Shown: positions 46,816-59,500 of the stretch, in pieces | Numbering within the stretch: the stretch's first letter is position 1 | How the letters are laid out: each line of letters opens with the position of its first letter | Assembly: GCA_951406725.2 (NCBI GenBank) | Contig: OX597837.1 | Location: 11,842,001 to 11,906,000 of the forward strand | Length of the DNA stretch: 64,000 nt | Direction: 5' to 3' | Source of the DNA: Octopus vulgaris | Lineage: Eukaryota | Program-made: the position numbers and the translations under genes | The notes under the pieces: model-generated | Told to the model about the DNA's origin: nothing | Seen by the model: only the letters and a program-made list of their open reading frames with translations | The model's database searches: none

Positions 46816-48779
46816 CAGTCAGGTCTTGCTGAGGGCTACCCAACTTCTCCAGTGTAGGCAATAGGAAAGGCATCCAGCCGTAGAAACCAAGCCAAATGGT
46901 GCAAACAAGCACAAATCCATGGGAGAAATGGCTCCCAATAAGAAATGACTCAGACCAGGATTACCCATCCAACCCATGCTAGCATGAAAAGCAGATGTAA
47001 AAACGATGATGATGATGATGACGATGATGGTGATCTTTCCAACATAGGTAGAAGGGTGGAAGTTTGGTGGCGGGGAGGGAGAAAGGTGGGGGGGGGGGGA
47101 AAGGTCAATTGAATTGTTTCCGTCAGTACATAACTTGGTACTTTATTTTATTGTCCCTGGAGGGATGAAAGGCCAAGTTGGCCCTTAGCAGGACTTGAAC
47201 TCAGAATGTAAACAGCAAAACGAAAAAAAAAAAAAAAAAAAAAAATCTACTACTCTAAAAAATCTACCAATTCAAATACCCCCATAATGATGATGATGAT
47301 GATGATGATGACTTTGTAAGAAAGGCACAGGACCAAGAATTTAATGGAAAGGCAGTCTAGTCAATTAAACTGACCATGGAAGGATAAAAGGTTAAGTTGA
47401 CCTTGGTGGAATTTGAACTCAGAACACAAAGATGAAATGTCTCTAAGCATTTCATCCAGCACGCTAACAATTCCGCCAACTTGCTGCCACAATGATAATA
47501 ATAATGATGATAAATATAATAATAATAATAGTCCCAAATTTTGGCACAAGGCCAGCAATTTTGGGGGTAGGGGGAGGAGGTTAAGTTGGTCACAACAACC
47601 CCAGTACTTGACTGGTACTTATTTTATTGACTCTTTACCTTCAGGATGAAAGGTAAGGTTGACCCAAGCAGGATTTGAACTCGGAACGTAAAACCAGACA
47701 AAATACTGCTTAGCATTTTGCCTGACATGCAAACAATTCTGCGAGCTTCCTACCTAATAATAATAATAATAATAATAATTCTTTCTACTGGAAGCACAAG
47801 GCCTCAAATTTGGGGGAAGGGATTAAGTCGATTGCATTGACCCCAGTGTGTGACTGGTACTTATTTTATTGACTCTTTACCTTCAGGATGAAAAGCTAAG
47901 TCAATCTCAGTAGGGTTTGAACTCAGAACGTAGCGGCATTTTGCCCGTCGTTCTAACAATTCTGCCAGCTCCCTGCCTTTCTACTCAAGGCACAAGGCCT
48001 GAAATTTTGAGGGGAAGGGATTAAGTCGATTGCATTGACCCCAGTGTGTAACTGGTACTTAATTTATCGACCATGAAAGGAAGAAAGGCAAAGTCGACCT
48101 CGGCAGAAAAATAATTGAATGATAACAAATAAGATATTTTTACAAACGCAATGATAATAATAATGTACAGTATTGTTTTGAAATAACAGCCATTCCTGTT
48201 AAATAAACAAAAAGAAAGAAAATAATAAATAAATAAAAGTTTAGCAATCCTTTTTCACATCAAAAAGGAACCCCCAACACCTTCTTCCAAAATAGTTACC
48301 CCCATCGATACCATTGCCCACTGCCAATTTTCTGAGGCTTGTTTCCATCGTTTTGGCCAGTGGCTCCCGGGTGTTTGTTTGGAAGACATAAGCACCGCTT
48401 CGGAATGAGAGCACCAGCCCTTTACACATACGTACGTATATCAGGGCATATGTTGTCTGTGTGTGAGTGAGTGTGTGTGTGTGTGTGCATCTGAACTTGT
48501 GTGTGCATGCGTGAGTGAGTGATACCATTCATGACTAATGGTAACGTGGTGGTTCCATGCCTGAACTACTGCATGTCGGCCACCACCACCACCACCACCA
48601 CCATCACCGCCACCTCCCCCTGATTTTGTTTCTTTTTTTCTTTTTGCTTTTGCTGGGGTTATTTGTTTTCTTTTTGAAAAACTCTCCCAAAACAAAAAAT
48701 AGTAAAAAAAAACCGACACCAGATTCTTCTTCAAGAGAGAGAGAAAGAAAGAGAGTGATCCAAGTTCCTGGGATGGAAT

Positions 48780-48901
48780 TCACTGATAAGCAGCCATCTT
48801 CCGTACTTTACTCAAATCATTCATCATACTACGCAGAGATTTCCGCAACAAGGGCAGGTCAGAGGAGAGTGGTGTCGTAATCTTCTCCTTGTCTTCCAGT
48901 C
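48780..48901 (-). CDS. PHF20: PHF20-like last coding exon (RLEDKEK...[12 protein letters not shown])
   Basis: tttcag| acceptor; TGA at 48782-48780. Confidence 0.9.
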
Positions 48902-51900
48902 CTGAAAATGGAAAAAGAAATATTATTATTAAGACGGCAAGCATTAGGGTCGATGTAATCATGTCAGCCCCTCCCATGAAATGCTTAGTGGCATTTGGGC
49001 CCATCGCTATTGGTCTGAGTTCAAATTCTGCCAAGATCGACTTTGCTTTTTGTCTTTTTGGGGATCAATAAAATAAGTACCAGTTGAACACTGGGGTCAA
49101 TCTCCCCCAAGATGCCCTTGTAGCAAAAATTTGAAACCGTTATTATTATTATTAAGGCGGCAAGCTGGCAGGATTGTTAGCATGCTGGGCAAAATGCTTA
49201 GTGGCATTTCGTCTATCGCTACATTCCGAGTTCAAATTCCGCTGAGGTCGACTTTGCCTTTCATCCTTTTGGGGTCGATTAAATAAGTACCAGTTACATT
49301 CTGGGGTCGATGTAATCGACTTAATCCGCTTGTCCCCTCTGTGTGTAGCCCCTTGAGGGCAGTAAAGAAATAAGAAACTGAAAGAAGTCCATCATATATA
49401 TACATATATTTGAGTGTGTTTATTCCCCCACCATCACTTGACAACCAATGATGGTGTGTTTACGTCCCCATAACTTAGCGGTTCGGCACAAGGGACTGAT
49501 AGAATAAGCACCAGGCTTACAAAGAATAAGCCTTGGGGTCGATTTGGTCGACTAAAGGCAGTGCTCCAGCATGGCCCACAGTCAAATGACTGAAACGTGT
49601 GGAATAAAAGACTCTATATACGTACTGTCGATCTGCTCTCCGATTGAATCGAGTCGATGATTGATCTCCCGTTGCGTCTGCATGACGTATTGCAACAGAT
49701 TGGTTTGGTAATCCTGCAACGGATCGACTGTGGCAGCCTTGGAAGCTTCTGTTGCATTCTCTCTTCCCGGATCTTCAGTACTTTCCGAATTGGAATCACC
49801 CTCACCACTCACTGACGGAGGCTGAAATACAGAAAGAAGACGAAATTCAACCCTTTGGATACCAACCTGCGCAACACTGCTTCTAGTTCCCTGTTTCAAC
49901 CTTTTAACATTGAAACTGACCAAGTCAGGACCAAATATTTTATCTGTTTTATGTTCAAACTAACCAGATTTGGCCCCTCCAACCTACCCAACAATGTCAT
50001 TTTAAAACGGGTTTTCAACCATTTTTTATCTATGGATTTTGAATAAAAATACAATTTGTATGCCTTATTTGAGTAATACTCATGTTAGTCACAGTAAGGG
50101 CAGTGGGACAGCACACCTAACAACCACCACCATATGCCACTGGTAAGGTGTTAGGGAAAGAAACCCAGCTGTTTCTTGTAATACATACCAATACACACAC
50201 CTAAAGCTAAATATTTCCAGGGGCTCAGCTCATCCTAACTGGCTCCTGTACCGGTGGCACATAAAAAGCACTATCCGAATCTGATCTATGCCAGGCCTAC
50301 CTGACTGGCTCAAGTGTAGGTGGCACGCAAAATAGCAACCACTACACTCACGGAGTGGTTGGCGCTAGGAAGGGCATCCAGCTGTAGAAACCTTGCCAGA
50401 TCAGATTGGAGCCTGGTGCAGCCTCCTGGTTTGCCAGTCGTCAGTCAAACCGTCCAACCCATGCCAGCATAGAAAACGAACATTAAACGATGATGATGGT
50501 GATGATCCCCTATTTACTATTTTGTGTGGACCCTGCCAAAAATCTTATATGGGCCCCTCAGGATGAGAACCACTGTCCTACAATAAATAATCACGTTGTT
50601 TAAGTCACAAAGCTACCAGATAATGCAGGACTACTTAATGGAAAATAATGCAGGATATTTTATTAGTGAAGGTATACAAATGGGAAACAACCAGAAGGCA
50701 CAGCATGTGTTACTAACCTTAGAACTGCTGCTGTTGTTGTTATTGTTGTTGTTGACTGTTGGCTTGGGCTCTTCGTCTTTGTCAGTTTCCCAAACAAACT
50801 GGCCCTTCTTGCTGTCTCCAGCTTTTTTGGAACCTGCTTCCGTTCGATTGGGGCTGTCCTTGAGAAGACTAGATATTTTCCCGCTGTTGGGTAAGTGACT
50901 GGATTTCAATGGCAACGATGTGGAGGAGGAGGAGGATGGCGATGACGAGGATGATAGAGAAGACGTTGATAATGACGATGACGACGATGATGACAATCCG
51001 GTGCCTTTTGACTGAGAACCAGGATCTTGGTCCACACCTGAACAAAGAAAATACAAAGGTTAAACAAAATGCTTTTAATTTTTCTGTTTTAATTACCATC
51101 ATTATTTTAACATCCACTTTTCTTTGCTTGCATGGGTCAGATGATTTCTCATTGAGAAAGATTTTCTACATCCGGATGCCCTTCTTGTCCCTGTTCCTAA
51201 ACAAGCTGGTATTTCTCCAAGGCCCAGACAGGTTTTCACAGAAGAGGGGAAGCTTGTTTATGATTATCACACAATGTCAGGTTAAGCAAGTTTCTTAAAC
51301 ACCACACCTGCCCCTATTATATACATAGGTATACAAGGCTTTGGTCAACCCAGGAATATACAAGAAGATCCTTGCTCAAAGTGCCATGCATTGCTTTATT
51401 TCACTTCATACCACCTGGCCCAAGAATTGACACCGTGGCCTCATGATTGCAAGTACAATGCCCTAATCACTATGCCACATAACCATAAAACAATAAAACT
51501 GAAAAAATTAAAAGAGAAGAGAAAAACAAAATACCAACCTGAGTGATTCTGATCTGCTGGACTGCAATTATTCGTGGTCAATGGATGAGGACCACTGGCA
51601 GGGGTAGGACCTGTGTCCTGCACCATCCCCGACTCATCAGCCTCAGAGTCTTGTTGGTCAGCCAGGATCTCTGCAGGCAACTGAGGGTCAATCAATACGG
51701 GGTCGACAAAAGTGGACACCCTGAAGCTGGACAGCGTTGGTCTTATTTCTGGACATTCCTGTTCTGTGTGTGAGGTGTTAGCCGTGTTGTTGCTGTTGAG
51801 GGTCGACCAGTTTTTAGTCCACAATTTTAGCCCTTCTTTTTCACTGGACCTGGAAGAAAAAGGAAACGGAAACAAATAATAATTACGTCACACATATTGG

Positions 51901-54900
51901 TGTTAAGAAGGGCATCCGGCTGTTCAAACCACGCCTAGACAGATGACAACTGGAGCCTGGTGCAGCCCTCCAGCTTGTCAGTTAGTTTCCGTCAAACTGT
52001 CCAACCCATGCCAACATGGAAAATGGACATTAGATTATGATGATGATACGGTCAAGATAGGAAAGACCGATTCCCACCACTACCCCACCCCAAGTGATTG
52101 AGTAAGATTCTTTTTTGCATCAATAGAAGAAGGATGGAAGACAAAATTGCAAAACTGACCCCACCACCAGCAGGATTTGAACTTGGGATGTACAGGGTTG
52201 TAATACAATACAGCAAGATATTTCGTCCAGCACTATTGATTCTACCTTTCCCTCCCACCCCCATCTTATAATAATAAAAGTGCCGTAGCATGGCCACAGT
52301 CAAATAACTGTAACAAGTAAAAAGAGTAATGTCATAGCTAAGGTTTCTACAGAGGTACCGCTGTGTGAATGGCCCCCAGTGCTGTTCTGAGTGAATTTGA
52401 TAAATGGAAACTGTGTGGAAGCTCTGTGTGTGTGATAGAGTACTTGACAACCTGTGTTATTTCAAGCTGGCAGAAACGTTAGCACGCCGGGCGAAATGTG
52501 TAGCCGTATTTCGTCTGCCTTTACCGTTCTGGGTCCAAATTCTGCCGAGGTCGACTTTGCCTTTTATCCTTTCGGGGGTCGATAAATAAGGTACCAGTTA
52601 CGCGCGGGGGTCGATATAATTGACTTAATCCGTTTGTTTGTCCCTTCTGTGTTTAGCCCCTCGTGGGTAGTAAAGAAATAGGTATTTCAAGGCACGCACG
52701 GGGGTCGATATAATTTACTTAATTCGTTTGTCTGTCCCTTCTGTGTTTAGCCCCTTGTGGGTAGTAAAGAAATAGGTATTTCAAGGCAGTGCTCCAGCAC
52801 GGCCACAGTCAAATGACTCAAACAGAAAAGGTAAAAAAATAAAAAGACAATAATGAAGAACTCACAGGGACAATTTGACCTGGCGTTTGATCCCGTAAAG
52901 CACAGCTATGATATTGTGTAAGTCACCGACAAGACTGTTCGTAGCAAGGATCCTGTTGATCTTTCCGCTTTCATCATTGTCTGCTTCAACGAAACTGAAG
53001 CCAGGCAACTGGCCAAGCTTCAGCCAGTCTTGGTCATAGATGTATTTGGCACTAGGACGAAGACCTGCCGGGCAGAAAATAACAAAAAAGAAAGTAAATA
53101 CATAACAAAACACAAGAATATGTTAACAGCATCATCAGGTTTCTGTTCCATTTATCTTAACCTTACAATGCCATGTTCCTGTATATATGCAGAATAGCCA
53201 AAACATAATCCCTACCAGATCCCCGTTAAAGCAGTAATGAATACCATGCATAGAAAAAGAAGATTATAAGGATCTTTTCGGTTTGAACTGCAGTTTTTGA
53301 CATAATTCTCTAGGTAACTAAAAAATTTTAAACTTCGTATACTGGTAGAATGTGTTTGTAAAACATCTTTTTCTCTTGGCTTTATTGAGAAAATTCTTTA
53401 GTTTGTAATTTCAACCAATCAATGACGTCTATTGAGGTAAAAAAAAAGATTCTGTGCCGTATGAATATGTCCCTTGTTTAAGAAACAGATTGGGTTTATT
53501 TACATTTCTGAAGAAAAAAAAAAGACACCCTTCCCCTAACCCTTAAAACAGATTGAAATGCAATAGATCGATACTAGGGTCATAATTTCAATTTCATATG
53601 ACACTGCTAGAAAAAAATTGCCGTTCAAACCGAAAAGATCTGATTATAAACTAAGAACAGACAAGCAATTATGTTGCATCTTTGTAGTCACACGTCTTTA
53701 AGACTTATTACTAATGGCGTCCCACAAAGCTGTTGTTTTCTTTTATTTTTACATCTATAATGACTATATGCCCCGGTGGAGTTAATCAGAGGTTAAGGAC
53801 AGATGGCAATTAATTCTGTAATGCTATCATTCCATTGTTCAAGTCCCAAGTTGATTTGCTTGAACCGGCTTCCGTGCCGGTGGCACGTAAGAAGCACTAT
53901 CCGAATCGTGGTCGCTGCCAGCGCTGCCTTGACTGGCTTCCGTGCTGGTGGCACGTAAAATGCACCAATCCAATCGTGGCCGTTGCCAGCCTCGCCTGGC
54001 ACCTGTGCTAGTGGCACGTAAAAAGCACCCACTACACTCACGGAGTGGTTGGCATTAGGAAGGGCATCCAGCTGTAGAAACACTGCTAGATCAGACTGGA
54101 ACCTGGTGCAGCCTTCGGGCTTCGCAGATCCCCGGTCGAACCGTCTAGCATGGAAAACGGACGTTAAATGATGATGTTATAACTCACTTCTCTCCCTTGG
54201 CATACAACAAACTGAGACAAACTTAAAAAATTCATTTATGTCCACAACTATTTTTTTTTGTTTCTTACCTCTTGGGTTCTGACAGATGGAGCAGATGTAC
54301 TTCTTGGGAAGAGTTGCTTCATCTAGGTTCATACAGAAGGCGTGCTGCCAGCACATACATACTTCACACTGCAAGAAATACAAACAATAAGGGATAACAA
54401 CAACGAGTTCAAGTTTTGGCACAAGGCCAGCTATTTCAGGGGGAGGGGGGTAAGTTGATTATATTGACCCCCATTGTCTAACTGGTACTTTCTTTATCGA
54501 CCCTGAAAGGATGAAAGACAAAAGTCAACCAGGGCGGAATTTGAACTCAGAACGTAAAGACGGATAAAATGTTAAACATTTTGCTTGGTGTGCTAACGAT
54601 TCTGCCAGCTTGCAGCCTTGAATCAATAATAATAATAATCCTTTCTGTTATAGGCACAAGGCCTGAAATTTTGAGGGGGAAGGAGCTAGTCGGTTATATC
54701 AACCCCAGTGTGCAACTGGTACTTACTTTATCAATCCCCAAAAGGATGAAAAGTTAAGTTGACCTCAGTGGAATTTGAACTCAGAACATAAAAATGGACG
54801 AAATGTTTAAGCATTTTGCCCAGCGTGCTAATGATTCTGACAGCCTGCCACAACAAAACAATAATAATAAATAATAATAAATGTCCCAATGAAGTACCAG

Positions 54901-56091
54901 GCAGTGCCTCTCATGGCTTCTGATCTTAACTGATTGGAAGTGTTATCATGTACATTGTTTTGTCTTGGTATAAAAGATGGGCTACAACAAATATTCTGCT
55001 TAATACCACAGATTTGCTTGTCAGTTGTTTGACCTTAACCAGTTGACCATGTCCCTTAGTGGCTGACGATATGTGCATCTCTGATTACGAGCAGAAGTAG
55101 TGGGGGAACATCATAGCCATGTGTTCAGAGGGATTCTTTGGGGTTTGAATAATTCACCTCTGGAAACATGGGTGGTTTGTTCAACATCCTTAAACAACCC
55201 TTATTCAGGGACCTTTTGAGCGGGATGGGTTACTCAACCTGAAGAAAATTCTAACTGGGCCCCACCTGCAAGGTCATGTGCTGTTTATCTTGATATGAGA
55301 TCACCATGTCGCGCACATATGGTTGTGATGCATGTGCCTAGTGTACCCTTATTAGATGGATAATCATGATGAGTACAGTGGGCCAGCACCAACATAATAA
55401 AGCAAACGCAATAATGAAATCTGTCTCTTCCGTGTAACATTATTGTAATACGGAAATAGTTTACCTGAATCATAAGGCCCTTCTCTTCAACCTGGTTACA
55501 AACACAATGGATGACTTCGCTGCTTGTATCTTCTTCCTCAAATTCTGTAAAGTCTTCAGCCACAGGTTCTAGCACAGGAGGTCGTTCGATATCTGCAAAC
55601 GATGTCAGTTATCATCAGTGTGTACAACACTACCATCATTAGCAGTATCGTAACAAATACACTACCACCCATCCACTCATATAGCAAACACTGTCACTCG
55701 CATGGCGAATGCCGCCACTCGCATGGCGAATGCCGCCACTCGCATGGCAAACACTGTCACTCATATAACAAACACTATCACTATCATAAGTATGAAACAA
55801 TTCTAGATACGTAAAATGTAACTAATGGGACCGATTGGTCATGATTGGATCAGAATTGGTAGGGGATTAAGCCACCACATCATGTGTCCTAATCATATAC
55901 TATGTTCACAAGTCCACACACACACACAAACAGTTTCTCAAAGAAATTGCTTTGCATTCCTCATTGCGGAATGAACCGATTCCTCTCTAAACTTACTTTT
56001 ACTTCTTCTTCTCTTGTCATGTTTCCTTTCTTTGACGGTGATGGGTGGAGGCACCATTTCACTTGCAGCTGAAATAATAGAGACCAAGGAT

Positions 56092-56127
<36 letters not shown>

Positions 56128-56243
56128 AAGGTGGAAAGAGACAGACAGACAGAGAAAAGGACAAAGAGAGAGACAAAGGTGGAGAGATAGACACACACTA
56201 AGAGAGAGGAGGACAGACAGAAAAAGAGACACACACAAAGGTG

Positions 56244-56282
<39 letters not shown>

Positions 56283-56478
56283 AGACACACAAAGGTGGAG
56301 AGAGAGAGAGATACACACACTATGAGAGAGACAGAGAGAGGTGGACAGACAGAAAGAGACACATAGAAAGGTGGAGAGAGAGAGAGAGAGAGAGAGACAC
56401 ACACACAAAGGTGGAGAGAGAGGGAGACAAAGGTGGAGAGAGAGAGAGAGAGGTGGACAGACAAAAAGACAGAGACAT

Positions 56479-56534
<56 letters not shown>

Positions 56535-59500
56535 ACAAAGTAACAGAGAGAAGATTAAGGATTTTCTAAGCCTGATATTACAAGAAAGCAACAGCATAAA
56601 AAAAAAATGAGGGTGGGGTGGGGGTGAGGTAAAAAAAAAAAGGAGGAGGGAGAGACAAGCACAAGTAAAAAAAATGTCAATTTGCCTACATGTGACCATA
56701 AAACATGCTAGAAATACCTACCTTACACTTCCCTCACTCACAAGCTACCAACTTAAAACACTGTAATCCAAGATACACGTAGCCCTACTGGATCACAGTT
56801 GCTCTGGAACTATTTCACCCCAACAACAATCATGATCCTGACTAATTAAACCTAACAATGGTCAGCAAGATGTGGTAGGGATGGGTTAGTGACTTAGTGG
56901 CAGGGGTAGACATCAGAAGGACAGTCTATCACATGAGGGAGCCTGTGTGTGCTAAAAATAGCAGTCAAATCTCCCCCTTAACCTTAAGTTGTTCTAGGTG
57001 GTGCCCCAGTATGGCCACAGTCTAATGACTGAAACAAGAGAAAAGCTGAAGGAGTTTACAGTCCCCCCCCACCCACACCATCTCACCCATCAGTTTGCGT
57101 CCCGCTGAAGGGAGCATGCCCCATGCAAATGCTTAAAGCAAGACTATAACAACACTGACAAACAATTCTGTAATGAAAATAAAAATGAGCTTCAAAGCAC
57201 AGAAACTTTTAAAACAACCACACAAAGGGAGACAACTGAAGGGAACTTAGGATGTCAACTAAATCAATGTAAACAGTTAGGAGAAAAAAATACTTCTTAA
57301 TTAAAGAATTGGTTTCAAATTTTGGCACAAGGCCAGCAAGTTTGAGGGAGGGTTTAAGTTGATTACATCGACCCCCACCCCAGGGCTCAGCTGGGACTTA
57401 TTTTATCAATCCCGAAAGGATGGAAGTTAAAGTCGACCCTGAACTCAGAACATAAAGACATATGGAATGCCACTAAACATCTTGTTCAGGGTGCTAATGA
57501 TTCTGCCAGCTGGCTGCCTAGTTAATTAAAATACTCATTTCAAATTTTGGCACAAGGCCAGCAATTTCAGGGGGAAGCAGGTCAAGTCGATTACACTGAC
57601 CTCAGTTCCCAACTGGTGTTTGTTTTCATTGACTCTGAAAGGATGAAAGGTAAAGTTGACAGAACTTGAACCCACAATGTAAAGACACACAAAATGCCAC
57701 ATGCCACTAAGCATTTTGTCTGCTTGTTAATTAACGATTCGTCCAGCTCGCCACCTTGTTAATTAAGATATTGAAAGCAAACTCAAGAAGGTCCGGGATT
57801 TAGAAGACAAAGGTATTCTCTGAAATGGCTAATCCAGTTGAATGGAAACAACATTTTAACCCTTTGCCTGCCTTGTTCATCACATGTGGTGTACAGAACA
57901 CATTTTCTTGATGTTCATACATCACATATGATACACATACCCCATTCTGCTGGTCCTTTGTGTCACGTGATACAAAGGACAGGCAGAATTGGATATATAT
58001 ATATCAGACATCTTTCCCAAGTGTTCATGCATCATATCTGATAGACATTCCCAATTTTTTTCAACTTGGGACTTAAGAAAGGATAGCTTTATATTGTTCA
58101 GGATGTATGGGGACAAAGGCTAACTCAAAGTCTGAAAACAAGCATGGACATTCAGGACAAACTTATGAAAACGTTTTGGTAAGGCAAAAGGTCAAACATG
58201 AATGGGGGGAAAAAAAAAAAAAAAGGGAAAACCAAATTTTGCACATAAGGAGAAAACAACTGAAAAGCAAAATGTAACAAAGTCCACACCAACAATAGCA
58301 GGGTATGGGTTTCATAGGAAATAAATAATAAAAATTAGGGGACAAGGGGAACATTAAAAATGGGGTTCTGAACTGAGGTGTCATGATTTACCATCTAAAA
58401 GATCGAAGTTTTTGATGTCATCCTGTAACAGACAAGAACTTGGACTATCCAGGGTCGGGAAACCATTCAGGGTGTGACGCGGGGCTAACTGAGAAGTATA
58501 CCTCCGCTTCGGAGGCACGGCGTCACACTTGGTCTTTTGAGAGTGGTCAGAACTGGTGGAACCTAAAAGGTGGCAAAATTCGGAAGAGAAAGAAAAAAGA
58601 GAGAGAGAAAGAGAAAGGAGAGAAGAAATATAAAATAGAACTGATGGAGACATTTGAAAACACCAAAAAAATGCATTTACAAGAAGGGTCAGCAGGAATG
58701 GTAACAATGGAGAAACAGTTGAAGCGAACAAAAGAGAAAAAGGGGAGAGAGAGGGAGCTTAATGACCGTCTGGAACCACCAGACTAAGCATACACACACA
58801 CACACACACGTTTCTCAGTCTCTCCTCCCACCACTGTTTCACAATGGTATTGGTTTATGTCCCTGTAACCTCGTGGTTTGACAAATGAGAATGATAAATT
58901 AAGTGTCAGGCTTACTGGCCTCCGTGACGGTGGCACGTAAAATGCACCATCCGATCATGGTGCCGTTTGCCAGCCTCATCTGGGCCCCGTGCCGGTGGCA
59001 CGTAAAAAGCACCATCCAATCGTGGCCGTTTGCCAGCCTCATCTGGCACCTGTGCAGGTAGCACATAAAAAGCATCCACTACACTCATGGAGTGGTTGGC
59101 GTTAGGAAGGGCATCCAGCCATAGAAACACTGCCAGATCAGACTGGGCCTGGCGCAGCCTTCTGGCTTCCCAGACCCCATTTGAACCGCCCAACCCATGC
59201 TAGCATGGAAAACAGACGTTAAATGATGATGATGAGGAGGGGCAATATGTTCAACTAAACCCTTCAAGGCGGTGCCCCAGCATGGCCGCGATCCAACAGG
59301 CTGTGTGAGTTTGGATATAGTTTAAGGTTTTAGGGTGAAGTGAAAGAAAAGCATGTACAGCTATGAATGGTGTGGGCTAAAGAAACAGCATGCCCTTAAC
59401 CCTTTTGTGACCATATTTCTGTTGACACATTGCGTTTGTTGTAATTAATTTTGAAAATAACGAAATAATTACTTAGAAACTTTTAGCATTTAAACCGGCC

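Noticed and set aside
55690-55765. 21-bp tandem repeat encoding CRHSHGE
   Set aside because: It is a short intronic minisatellite on the non-coding strand.
55938-55996. ORF extension [19 protein letters not shown] after the basic PHF20-like exon
   Set aside because: A strong GTAAGT donor at 55996 gives a phase-compatible join to the PHD exon, so the extension is intronic read-through.
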